64,000 nt of DNA from Cetorhinus maximus (taxonomy: Eukaryota), in assembly GCF_964194155.1 (NCBI RefSeq), contig NC_135893.1, positions 23,560,001 to 23,624,000 of the forward strand. Direction: 5' to 3'. Under the pieces are notes generated by a model. That model worked only from the letters and a program-made list of their open reading frames with translations. It had not been told where the DNA came from and ran no database searches. The position numbers were made by a program, and so were the translations under genes. Position 1 is the first letter of the stretch; each line of letters opens with the position of its first letter. Of the stretch, positions 52,805 to 64,000 are shown piece by piece.

Positions 52805-53328
52805 GTATAGTACTCCAGCAGAAAAATGAGTTTCACTGTGGTCTTGTTAACCAGTATCCTGGACGATACTCATTTTCTCTCTGGGTATAATAATCCGAAA
52901 GGGAGACACCTAGTTATTTCACGCTAGGTTCTTTTCACTGTTTTGAGTTTAAAAGCAGCTAGAATTGCTTGGATTTCTCTCTTTGAGGAAGTGGTCTAAA
53001 TAGATTGCTTGAGCAGTAGCTTTAAAGGAATAAGCCAGGTTAAGCACAGTTGTGTCCTAGCAGCTGAACATCACTAATGCATTACAGACTATGATTGTAC
53101 TGGCTATATTCAGAAGGTGGAGTCAGTTGTATTGCGAGTGCCCAAACTTGTTATCTGATTATTTTTATGGCCATGATCTTGTGGATTCACCCGGAACCCT
53201 TTGTGCTTGCAGGGTTAATTCATAAATCTGGTGTGTACTGCCTCTGTGAATACATATTTCATTGATTGGTTGATTCGTTTAATTTTGGGTAGTATCTGCT
53301 GGTTTCATTTGATCTATAATTTTTGCAG

Positions 53329-53425
53329 AACTGCTGGGAGGCTTTGATGTCCCAAAACCATCTCCTGCTTTGGCTTCTCATACTGCCACAACTGATCTGT
53401 GGGGAGACTTTGCAACAGCGACTAG
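53329..53425 (+). CDS. necap2: NECAP2 exon 7 (WGDF motif)
   Basis: ELLGGFDVPKPSPALASHTATTDLWGDFATAT; tttttgcag| and AG|GTTTGT. Confidence 0.9.
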
Positions 53426-53486
53426 GTTTGTTACACATCCACTTAAACCTCACATCAGTAAAGATAAAATGGTTAAAAACAAAGTA

Positions 53487-54257
53487 CAGTAGTCCCCGGT
53501 TTAAAATGCTTTTTAGTTTTAGAGCAGTTTTCAAATACAGGAACCTTTTTGAATAACGCTGCCATCCACAACCTCAATTTTCAGTTTTGCACAGTTGGTG
53601 AGCTTCAAGGGATTGAATGGACTGCTTCTGAGATTTAATAAATCTATGTTCCAGGCTGTCTTGATAGAAAATGAAATATTTCAATTTCTCCTAGTGAGCA
53701 GTGACTCATCCCCCCAGCCTCTGATGATGGGACAAAGATGGATTCCCAGTCTCTGCTGGTGGAGCAGGAATGATTCCCTGGCTCTCCCAATGGGACAAGG
53801 ACCAATTTCTAGGCACTCCCGGCAGTAACTTCAACCAGAGTCGGGCTTCCAGCTTTCCTGGGACTCTATCTGCTGACAGCCGGTTAAGATGCCGAGATTC
53901 CGGGCCTGGTAGCAATCCAGGTCTCCGGGCCTGGTACTCAGTCCTCACTTTCTCTGCATCTGTGTACTGCCCATCAGCAGCATGTTGCCAGGGCTGAGTT
54001 AGAGGCTGTGATCCGGTTACTTCTCCACCATTCCCCGCTCTCCACCACCAAGTGAACAGACAGCAGATCCCTGTGTCTTGACAGGCGGAGCAACCAGATT
54101 CAGTCAGCTCACAGCTTAAACTAAAAATTACTGGTCAGGAATGCAACCCATCCTTTATTACGTGTTTTCTTATGGGAGAATTATTTTTGTTTGGCGTATT
54201 TTCATTTAACACGCTGTTTTTCGGGAACACATTGGCGCACTGTACGAGGGATAAGTG
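53487..54257. mobile_element. Possible Tc1/mariner (Tigger-like) non-autonomous remnant
   Basis: TA|CAGTAGTCCCCGGTTTA on the left and CGAGGGATAAGTG|TA on the right are imperfect TIRs with TA flanks. Confidence 0.3.
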
Positions 54258-55011
54258 TATACAATAAGTGCATAATAATGTTTGTCAAAATCAAGACAAC
54301 TATGGTTGTGTTTATTTACTTAGTACAGGAAATAGCCAGCAGTTGCCAAAGATTTTACATTAAATAATTTATGAGGTACTAGATGGGGAGTCACAATACA
54401 ATACCGGTAGAAAAATATTCTAGAATGCTGATAGACCACACTGTGTCATTGTGAGTAAAAGCTGTTAGAAAAACAGTTGAGAGGGTTGCGAACCTCATCA
54501 GGTTGAAAGATTAGGCAAAACTTTTGTTTCTAAAAGACAGTGGACATGCACAACAGAGGTGAATCTGTATTTAAAAACAGACCTGGATTGATTATATTAG
54601 AGGGGGAATAGGCTTTAAAGAGAAATTAACAAGTGATTTTTTTTTTTGCCTGTGTGTAGACATGAAGGGACTTGGATCTGTTTCTTAAAGAAGTGTGGTG
54701 GCAGAGAGGGAAAGTAAGTCCATGATAGAATACATGGATTCTGGGTGAACTTGATAGGACCATTTAGCCTATCTGTTCCAGACTTAAAATAATTTTAATA
54801 CATTTCATTTCAAGATTCTGTTGTGCAGTGGGTTGTTTGGGACTTTGTCCTTTCAGTCTGGAATCTGGGTCTGAACCTATCCCAGACTTGAGATAAAAAT
54901 TTTCTTTGCCACTGGGACGGTACAGGAATTGCCACCTTCATAAAAATAAATGGCTAAAAATATATTTTGTACAAATGCCTTCTGATAACTTTTAACTTTC
55001 TTGTTCTGCAG

Positions 55012-55060
55012 CTCCGCTACGAACCAAGTGGCCCAGAGCACCAATTGGGTTCAGTTTTGA
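55012..55060 (+). CDS. necap2: NECAP2 exon 8 coding part, C-terminal WVQF AP-2 alpha-ear motif
   Basis: ttcttgttctgcag|C TCC GCT... encodes SATNQVAQSTNWVQF*. Summed CDS 792 nt = 263 aa plus stop. Confidence 0.95.
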
Positions 55061-55975
55061 CATGGGGCATCCTTCTGTTTTCTCCTTTGAAATTGCAATC
55101 CTGAGAGACCATGATTGACGCTTCTTTTCTGATGGGATTTTTGGAGATGGAAGCTACTGGGAGTCCGTGGTGTCAGAGCCAGCAGGATTCTGGACTCTCA
55201 GGCTGCAGCCTTGGAATTTTCATTTCCATTAATAGTGCATCTTTACCAGAACATCTGTCCCATTCTTGTAACCATGGTGTTCGCAAGAGCCCTGACCTGC
55301 ATCGCCATGTAGCGGTGCTTTTGCTTCACAAGTGATTGGACTCCATTTCATAAAGGTCAAGGGGACACAAATGTATATCAAAAAGGAGTTACCATGTTTT
55401 TGAATTTTTTTTACACGAGCGTAATGTGTAATAATGGTCCTAACTCTGAAGCGTTCCTTAAACACATCACATCACACTTTCACACAGGCATTGTATTCAG
55501 TAGATTTCCATTCCATGTGTGATAATCTTCCATTGTAACAGCTAGTGGGGTGGGGGAGGGTACTGTGAAGAACTGATTTGTACTTAAGGAACAAAGCACT
55601 ATGATTCACTGAAGTCCTACAGAATCACATGCCACATGAGGAAACGGGTGTGCATCATATTTCTTCCAAGTGGTGGTTTTGTAATCAGTGACAGATTGAT
55701 GTGGGTGGTATATGATAGCAGAAGACTAGGCCTTTAAATACTATCTGCTTTTCTTTTCCAAAATATTTGTCTGCTTTGGCCAGTGACCTTTTAACTTTTG
55801 GGCTGACCTGTGAACTATTTGTGTCTGTAAATAAGAGTTTGTCTATTTCAGTATTTATACAGATTGGTGGGAGGGAGGAAATCCTGCATTTGCAGGGTGG
55901 GGGGAAATTGGGAGCTGTTAATGTTAACACTGGGTTAAAATCAGGGAATTTCTTTTGAGTTGGAAGAGTGTTCCA

Positions 55976-55981
55976 AATAAA
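55976..55981 (+). terminator. Probable NECAP2 polyadenylation signal
   Basis: AATAAA ~0.9 kb after the stop, followed by T-rich sequence and then repeats. Confidence 0.55.
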
Positions 55982-56049
55982 AATGTATATTGAAATTATT
56001 TCTATTTGGAAATTGAGTTTTTATGCTGCTCCAATGTGCCTCACAACCA

Positions 56050-56410
56050 ATCGGCTACCACAGAAGCTCAGCTGCTGTTACATTGATAAACACAGTAGCT
56101 GATTTGCACATGTGTGGATCCCACAAGCAGCAATGAGTTGAATGTCCAGCAACTTTTTCGGAGTGTTGGTTGCAGAAGGAACATTGGCCAGGACATCTGG
56201 AGAACTTTATGCCCCTCATCGAATGGTACCGAGGAACCTTTTGTGCGCAGTGGAACAGGTAGTCCTGGAAGGCTGTGCTTCCAAAATTGCAGCACTCCAT
56301 CACTACTACAATGGAGAGTCAGCCTAGTTTGTTTGAGATCAGGAGTGGGGTTTAAACCCATTGGCTTCTGACTTCAAGCCATGTGTTGCTAATTGAGCTA
56401 GGCTGACATA
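56050..56410 (-). mobile_element. Deu-like SINE
   Basis: CCCACAAGCAGCAATGAG...TTGGCCAGGACA...GCAGCACTCC...GTCAGCCTAG...GGAGTGGG motifs. Confidence 0.6.
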
Positions 56411-57769
56411 GAAAAGCAATACTTGAAAGGAATAGATGATCCCCTCGGATTTCATTAATGAGAAGAGGTACAATAATCTACATAGGTGAAAGGAGGAATT
56501 CAGCTATCACCTTGGTGACGAGCCCCTCACTGAAGTATTTGTTTACCAGTACATTGAGATGTGATGCATATTAAAACCATATTGTTCCCAAATCTCAAGA
56601 GTGTTGTTTAAGCAGGAGCTGAATTATGGTTTGTTAGCGTCTAGGGGAGGAGTTTGCTATTGGTTACCTGCTACCACAAGCGAAGAACAAAGACTGTGTC
56701 TTTGGCCAGGTCTATCCCCCGCACTGGCTCAGATAACCAGTTTAAATAAAGGAGAGCAATTCTACAGCAAGCCCCGCCCAAGGGACGCTGAAAGTGAATT
56801 CTATAACCCAACATTGACTACAACAGCTTAGCTAGGGATCACCCACTGTTTGCCTGACTGCTGATGTTGTAAGTACTGACTATTCCTGATTTATGATTAA
56901 CTTGTGATGGCTACTGTAGGATTTAACAAACATTTTGTTTTAATACTTCACATACAGAAGCAGAAGTGTTATTTGGATGTGAAATAACCATCAAACTGGC
57001 AGAATTCCTAAATAATTTCAAACAGAAGTCTTTTTTAGTCTGAATCACCTCAAAATCCTAAAGATTATAAAGAGATCTACTCTTACTGGTACGTCCATTA
57101 TACCCTGAGGCCAGGGTATGACAGACAATTGATATATTTTTCTTTATACCTGTAGAATGATAGAACTTTTCTCCACTTGTATGCTGCTGTGAAAGCTTGT
57201 CTGTAAATTATTTCAGAACCACTAATCTCATATATAATAGGCAGTTTTGAATGTAAAATGAACTTTTTACACTCCAGACCAAGCTATCCAAATTGTGTGC
57301 CCAGTTTAAGTCTCTTTTTTCAATTTTCTGTGCCTACCCCCTTGTCCAGGGATACAGTTCTATTAACATCAAGTGCCATCTTCCAATTTATCATCTGAAT
57401 TTAGACAGTAAGAGGAACATAGGAGAGGAATGTCACAGTGGACTCCTAATTGGCCTATCCACTGTCCAGAAACATTGTGGAAGTGTTCTGAGGTCAGGCT
57501 GATTTCTCTTGCCCAGCTACATCACTCTTTCTGCTGTCCCCAGCTGAGATGAATGATGGAACCTGCCACTTTCCTGTCTCAATAGTCTTCTCGTTGAACT
57601 GCATGTGCATTTATCAACTGAGCTTTATGCGAGATTGTGAACCATATTAAACCATATCTGAGGTTGATCATCTGAAAAAACTTTGTTGTAGAGCTCTGTG
57701 TGATTGATACATTGAAAGTTAGGAACTCTCCTTTCTCTTAACTAACATCAGTCAAGCTGGAACCGATCA

Positions 57770-58640
57770 CCCATAACAGTGGTAGCACTCTTGCCTGCGG
57801 GACTTATGAGTACATATTCTAGATTTACACTTCATGGAGTTCTGTGGGAGTGGTGTGCTGTACTTGGTGCTGTCTTTTAGACAAGAGCAGTGGATGTAAA
57901 AAAAAACTCATAGCACTATTCAAGGAAGAGCAGATGAGTTCTGGTGTCCTAGACAGTATTTATTCCTCAACCACACATCACTTAAAAAAAAAAGTGATAT
58001 GTGGTTGATTTGTGAATCTGCAATTCAGAGTTTGTGCAGTTCAGAGAAGGTTCACTCAGCTGATACCTGGGATGAAGGGGTTATCTTATGAGGAAAGGTT
58101 GGACAGGTTCAGCCTGAATCCATTGGAGTTTAGAAGAATGAGAGGTGATCTTAATGTAGCAAATAAGATCCTGAGGGGACTTGACAGGGTGGATGCTGAA
58201 AGGATGTTTCCCCCTTGTGGGAGAGACTAAAATTAGGGGACACAGTTTAAAAATAAGGGGTCTCCCATTTAAGACGGAGATGAGGAATTTTTAGAGGGTT
58301 GTGAGCCTTTGGAACTCTCATCCTCAGCGAGCAGTGGAGGCAGGGTCATTGAATATTTTTAAGGCAGACGTAGATAGATTCTTGACTAACAAGGGAGTCA
58401 AAGGTTATTGGGCATAGGTGGGAATGTGGAGTTGACACTACAGTCAGATCAGCCATCTTTTTCAATGGCAGAGCAGGATGGAGAGGCCAAATGGCCTACT
58501 TCTCATAATTCGTATGTTCATATGACCTTGTGGGCTGCCATTACATTACAACAGTGGCCATTCTTGAAAATGTAATTAGATGTGAAGTGCTTTTCCACAT
58601 CCTAAGTTTGTACAAGATGCTATATAAATGCAAGTTTGTT
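57770..58640 (+). mobile_element. Deu-like SINE split by a CR1 3' fragment (~58035-58522)
   Basis: SINE head GTGGTAGCACTCTTGCC at ~57780 and tail TATATAAATGCAAG at ~58625 flank VQRRFTQLIPGMKGLSYEERLDRFSL. Confidence 0.75.
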
Positions 58641-58939
58641 CTCCCCAACTTTTTGTATTTAATAATCCCTGCAGTCGAGGGTGATAAATAGATTCCAGTG
58701 GGAATTCAGACCATGGCTGCATCTCTTTGGAGTTTGGTTCTTTTATTCATTAAGAAGCGTAAGTGAAGGACTGCAGCCTGTAGTGTAAAAGTGGTCACCA
58801 TCAAGGCTGTAGCTTGATGCTGTGGCTTAGGAAGCGAAGCCCCCTGTCTGATAAACAGTAGGTCCTTAGTTTGCATCTCAGCAGTGCCTCTACCTGTTTC
58901 CTGAATGTGTGGTTTTTAGGGGTGGGTAGGTGGGGGGGA

Positions 58940-59080
58940 GGTGGCATAGTGGTAATGGACTAGTAATCCCAAGGCCCAGGTTAGTGCTCTGGGAACACAG
59001 TTCATATCCCACCATGGCAGCTGGTGGAATTTAAAATCCAATTAATGAAATCAGTAATGGTGACCATGAAGCTATTGATG
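58940..59080 (+). mobile_element. HE1-like SINE 5' half
   Basis: GGTGGCATAGTGGTAATGGACTAGTAATCC...CCCACCATGGCAG...GGTGACCATGAA. Confidence 0.65.
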
Positions 59081-59151
59081 ACTGAAATAGCTCAGTTGGG
59101 AGTGTTGGACTGAAGATCTAAAGGTCCCTGGTTCAATCCTGGGCTTCAACT
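59081..59151 (+). pseudogene. tRNA-Phe(GAA) pseudogene
   Basis: ACTGAAATAGCTCAGTTGGGAG--TGTTGGACTGAAGATCTAAAGGTCCCTGGTTCAATCCTGGGCTTCAAC aligns to vertebrate tRNA-Phe GCCGAAATAGCTCAGTTGGGAGAGCGTTAGACTGAAGATCTAAAGGTCCCTGGTTCGATCCCGGGTTTCGGCA, with a 2-nt D-arm deletion, CpG decay and a damaged acceptor stem. Confidence 0.88.
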
Positions 59152-60571
59152 GCTCATGATCCCTTTAAGTTTCTTTATTGCTAAATCTTACCCCCCTCAA
59201 TCACGTTTTATTATGATGTTTATATGTTCCTTTGTCTTTTTGCAGTATCCCTTTAGGGGATTTGTCCCTCATTTTGTTAATTTAGTTTAATTGGTTCTAT
59301 CAAAAGAATATCAAGGCTGGAGAGAGTGTGTTAAATCAGAGAGTACTTAGATGATAAGTTTATTTTAAAAGCCTGTAGATTGTAGGAAGCGGGGTATTAA
59401 GTGTCATAGAATTGGGAGAAATGTTCTGAAACGCTATAACGATTCATACGGGACTGCAGTGGAAAGATTTTCGAGGCTGGTAGTAAGAAGGATCACATTT
59501 TGGACCATACTAACGGCCACAATGGTGACACTGGCTCCTAAATGTGCGAGCACAACCGGCGAGACCGGCTGAGTTTGCAAAGGTCAGTCACACCTCATGA
59601 CCCCGTGCTGAAGGTACAGTAGTCACGGCTGCAGACTGACTGGTGTGGTTTGTTGTAACAGGTTTACAGCTTTGCTTTTGTATCTCAAAACCATAAAGGC
59701 CTCAATCAAGTTCAGCATGTGGTGCAGCGAAGGGTCTGGAGCCTGAACCTGAGTGTACGAGGACAGAGATATGCAGAATGGTTGGGTAAATCTGGGGTTT
59801 TCGCTGTTGAAAGGAAACAACCGAGAGATTACAACAATCGAGATGTCAAGAAGGGAGATTTTGAAAACTATTTAAAACAAATTTAACAGGAGGGGACGCA
59901 GGTTCTAACTAGAAAAATGCAATTTCTCGCCAGATGGCCAATAATTTCTTACAACACACGAAATAGACTCTGTTTGGAAAATTACCTCCAAACATTTAAC
60001 AAACAACAGGGCGTTCTGAATAGTGGGACTAAGGCGGGGGCTACCTTTCTGCCTGTAAACTAATTCCTATCCTGCCCTTCATGTACTCTTGAACCCTGGA
60101 GCATGAAATGCAATGTGAACTCTAACATGGGTTTAAGGAAAACAGTAAAAAAATTCTAAACATGCTCCTGTTCATCTTGGTGAGTCTCCTGTAACCGAAA
60201 AAAAATCCGCATTTAAAAAGTAAAAGTGATATTCACGTTTCGGATTAAACGTCATTTTCCCACCTGCGCTGATTATTTTCGTGATGATCGGAATTTCCCA
60301 CGTTATCAGCTTCACCACGCTATTCTGGCCCACTGGTAACTTTCCACTGCGATTCTCCATGGTTTGAGGTAAAGTGCTCGTGTTTTTTTTTCCCCCCAGA
60401 ATGGAGCTACTGTCGGGGTTTAGTCTGTTCATGCAAAGTGCAAGTTTGGCCGGGGTCAGTATCCTCTGTGCACAGCCGAGGCTTAACCGGGATCAGCGTC
60501 TGTGCCCTTCGAACTTTTAACCCGGATCATTACGAATTTAAACCTGTGTCGGCATATATACACCCTGCAGC

Positions 60572-61490
60572 TTTAACCTAGGTCAATCCTTGTGTACTCC
60601 ATGCAGATTTAACCTGGGCCAGTCCTTGTGTACTCCATGCAGATTTAACCTGGGCCAGTCCTTGTCGACACGCTGTAGGTTTAACCTGGGTCAGTCTTTG
60701 TGCACACGTCGCAGCTTTAACCTGGGTCAGTCTTTGTGCACACCCTGCAGCTTTAACCTGGGTCAGTCTTTGTGCACACCCTGCACCTTTAATCTGGGTC
60801 AGTCTTTGTGCACACGCCGCAGCTTTAACCTGGGTCAGTCTTTGTGCACACCCTGCAGCTTTAACCTGGGCCAGTCTTTGTGCACACCCTGCAGCTTTAA
60901 CCTGGGTCAGCCTTTGTGCGCACCCTGCAGCTTTAACCTGGGCCAGTCTTTGTGTACACCCTGCAGCTTTAACCTGGGTCAGTCTTTGTGCACACCCTGC
61001 ACCTTTAACCTGGGTCAGTCTTTGTGCACACCCTGCAGCTTTAACCTGGGCCAGTCTTTGTGCACACCCTGCAGCTTTAACCTGGGTCAGTCTTTGTGTA
61101 CACCCTGCAGCTTTAACCTGGGCCAGTCTTTGTGTACACCCTGCAGCTTTAACCTGGGTCAGTCTTTGTGCACACTCTGCACCTTTAACCTGGGTCAGTC
61201 TTTGTGCACACCCTGCACCTTTAACCTGGGCCAGTCTTTGTGCACACCCTGCAGCTTTAACCTGGGTCAGTCTTTGTGCACACCCTGCACCTTTAACCTG
61301 GGTCAGTCTTTGTGCACACCCTGCACCTTTAACCTGGGCCAGTCTTTGTGCACACCCTGCACCTTTAACCTGGGTCAGTCTTTGTGCACACCCTGCACCT
61401 TTAACCTGGGCCAGTCTTTGTGCACACCCTGCACCTTTAACCTGGGCCAGTCTTTGTGCACACGCCGCAGCTTTAACCTGGGTCAGTCTT
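60572..61490 (+). repeat. 36-bp minisatellite, ~25.5 copies (degenerate units extend to ~60445)
   Basis: Consensus TTTAACCTGGGTCAGTCTTTGTGCACACCCTGCAGC, head-to-tail with no spacers. Confidence 0.97.
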
Positions 61491-61494
61491 GCGT

Positions 61495-61760
61495 AGCGCG
61501 CAAATTAAGCTGAGCTTCGACCCAGTTTTCGGTTGCAGTTAGCGCCCTATCGGCCGCTCTGCTCCTGACTGGCCCCGGAGAGAGTCCCAGCCAGCCCTCG
61601 GGATTGGAGAAGGAAGCGGCTGAGGTTAAAGACGGCAGCCCGGGAGCAGCGCTTGACCCCCGGGCAGAACGAGGAGCGCAGTGCCCGGGGGTGGGTGCGA
61701 GGTAGGAGGCGGGTGCTCAGCCCAAAGAACAAAAGCAGCGACATTGGAAGAAGGAATTTA
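61495..61760 (+). promoter_or_regulatory. CpG-rich segment; possible promoter or non-coding first exon of a downstream gene
   Basis: GC/CpG-rich tract with a candidate donor CGAG|GTAGGA at 61701/61702; no recognisable coding sequence. Confidence 0.4.
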
Positions 61761-62356
61761 ATGCAGATTATTGTGTGACCTGGAAACAGTAACCAGGAGG
61801 CCAGCTCACGCTGACCAGCAGTTGAGCGAACATTTGGACAATTCTTTCGCAAATTACAATAGCAATTTTGGCGAAATCCGTTTTTTGTGGATCGCGTTTT
61901 TGTTGTTTGTGACTGGGTGACGAAAACATGTGCTTTTATTTTTGTTCCTAATCCAACTTCCTCCCCATTGAGAATTCTCACCATAACAAGGGCGCTATAT
62001 AAATACCAGTAAAATCCCAGATCTGAACATAAAGCAGCAAATAAACAATGTTAGTCTCAAGTAAATATTACACTTAAATGCAATTCCTAAAATAACAAAA
62101 TGCTGGAATGGGGAATGGTGTTATGATTGTGTTGTGCCCTGCCGTACGTTTTGAGCGTTTTTATTTTAGATTTCCCACATTTCTTTTAGGCTAATTTTGG
62201 TGCAAGTTTAAAACCAGTATTGGACTTCACTGATTTGGGGGCGGTGACTGATACAAAGCAGATAGTGCAGTGTGCTTTAACCCTGGAGTGACCTATAACC
62301 TTTTCTGGTGTAACATTGACCCGCCTCGGAGAAGTAATCCAGTTGGTATCAGGGGA

Positions 62357-62700
62357 TTTTTTTTTTACTCATTTACAGGGTGTGGGCGTGGCTGGCTGGG
62401 CCAGCATTTATTGCCCATCCCTAATTGCCCTTGAGTAGGTGGTGGTGAGCTGCCTTCTTGCAGCTCCAGTCCATGTGGTGTAGGCACCCCCACAGTGCTG
62501 TTAGGAGGGGAGTTCCAGGATTTCTCAGAGGGTTTCGAGAATACTCCACCAGCTCCCATATGAAGGCTAATGACACCTGGCTGTACCTCCTCACCACTTC
62601 ACTCCATCCCACAGCTCTCCATGTTGTCATATTGACAATTGTACATCAAGTCACGGATGTGCATCAAGAACAACAAAGCTCTAGGTTTTAGTCCCACCAC
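62357..62700 (-). mobile_element. HER1-like LINE 3' fragment
   Basis: CCAGCATTTATTGCCCATCCCTAATTGCCCTTGAG..GGTGGTGGTGAGCTGCCTTCTTG matches 5650-5770; poly(T) on the plus strand. Confidence 0.75.
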
Positions 62701-62984
62701 CACAAACTCTGCTCCAGCTTTCATTCAAATTAATTCTAAATTCAGCTGTACATATACTGCCCTACACCAAGTCCAGTTTTCCCATCACTCCATTCAATGG
62801 ACAGAGACTGGATATTATGTCTTGATTTTTTTTCCCTTAGAGGAGGCCCTTGTATTCACTTACTTCCTTTTATCTATCATCCTAGCAGGGATCAACAGAG
62901 ATGCGAAAGAGGTCAGAGGCAGAGTAGCACAGAGTCTGGGGAGCAGAGGCTGTATATTGCTGGAGAGAGAGATATAAGTTAGAA

Positions 62985-63450
62985 CCATAGAAAAGTTATG
63001 GTGCAGAAAGAGGCCATTCAGCCTCTCATCCCTGCACCAGCCATAAGAAGAGAAAAAAGAAACTAGCCACTTATTTTTAGTCCCACTTTCCAGCACCTGG
63101 TCCGTAGCCTTGCAGGTTACAGCACTTCTGGTGCATATCCAGGTATCTTTTAAATGAGTTGAGCATTTCAGCCTCAACCACCAATTCAGGCAGTGAATTC
63201 CAGATGCCCACCACCTTCTGGGTGAAAATGTTTCTCCTCATGCTGCCTCTAATCCTCCTACCAATCACCTTACATCTTTGCTCCCTGGTAATTGACCCCT
63301 CAGCTAGGGAAACAGATCTTTCATGTCTACCCTATCTAGGGCCCTCGTAATTTTGTACACTTCAATTAGGTCACCCCTTAGCCTCCTCTGTTCTAAGCAA
63401 AACAACCCTAGCCTATCCAATCTTTCTTCATAGCTGGAATTTTCAAGTCT
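62985..63450 (-). mobile_element. CR1 3' fragment
   Basis: MRRNIFTQKVVGIWNSLPELVVEAEMLNSFKRYLD. Confidence 0.85.
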
Positions 63451-63814
63451 GGAGGATTGAGGCTGTGAAGCGTTTTAAATGTAAGGATGAGAATTTTAAA
63501 TTGGAGATGGTGGGAGACCATGAGCCAGTGTAAGTCAGCACGGAGAGGTAATGAATGAATGGGGCTTGCTGCAGCAAAGTTTTAGACATGCTGCAGTTTG
63601 TGGAGGATGAGAGGCCAGCCAGGAGAGAATTGGATAGTCAAGTATGGAGGTAATGAAAGCAAAAATGAGCTTTACAGCAGCAGATGAACTGAGGCAGAGA
63701 CTGAGAGGGGCAATGCCAAGGACATGAAAGTAGATAATCTTTGTGAAAGTCAGAAGCTCACCTTGTGGTTGAATAGCAAGGTTATATTACAGACTCAGTC
63801 TCTACTCTGCCATA

Positions 63815-64000
63815 CCTCATTGAAACTTACAACATTCTTACAACGCGTGACAGGGTAAATGTGGATAGGATGTTTCCCCTGGCTGATGAGTCTAGAAGCA
63901 GGGGACACAGTCTCAGAATATGATGCAGGCCATTTAAGACTGAGATGAGGAGGGTGGTGAATCTTTGGAATTCTCTACCCCAGAGGGCTGTGGAAGCTCA
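63815..64000 (+). mobile_element. CR1 3' fragment (partial)
   Basis: LIETYNILT..DRVNVDRMFP...RVVNLWNSLPQRAVEA-like text. Confidence 0.75.

Noticed and set aside
59081-59151. Functional tRNA-Phe gene
   Set aside because: The D-arm deletion and mismatched acceptor stem indicate a pseudogene.
60572-61490. CRISPR-like array of 36-bp repeats
   Set aside because: Units are contiguous with no unique spacers, there are no cas genes, and the context is eukaryotic.
61547-61984. 145-aa minus-strand ORF
   Set aside because: No recognisable homology; it spans a GC-rich tract where long ORFs occur by chance.

Overview
Vertebrate nuclear DNA. The repeat content (CR1/HER1-like LINEs, HE1-like and Deu-domain-like tRNA SINEs, Penelope-like elements) points to a cartilaginous fish, probably a shark; this is inference. 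Three spliced genes were read exon by exon from GT-AG junctions and protein similarity. (1) The 5' part of ZBTB17/Miz-1 (minus strand, BTB-domain exons, runs off the left edge). (2) A complete 4-exon SZRD1 (150 aa, plus strand), head-to-head with ZBTB17 across a short NRF1/YY1-rich CpG promoter. (3) A complete 8-exon NECAP2 (263 aa, plus strand). A further CpG-rich region at about 60.2-61.8 kb holds a 36-bp minisatellite and may be the start of another gene. Most other ORFs in the track are transposon debris or chance. The most notable observations are: the 36-bp array is stop-free in one frame (CxxC repeat) and its variants fall mostly at codon third positions; a strong out-of-frame splice acceptor upstream of SZRD1 exon 3 could make an NMD isoform; a promoter minisatellite multiplies a ZNF143/Staf-like motif before NECAP2; a Neptune-type Penelope element with an inverted pLTR piece and hammerhead-like remnants abuts that promoter; a solo LTR has a perfect TSD; and a ~190-bp inverted repeat lies in an intron. 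No new biological system is demonstrated; these are testable candidates. Repeat boundaries are approximate and all identifications are by eye, without database searches.
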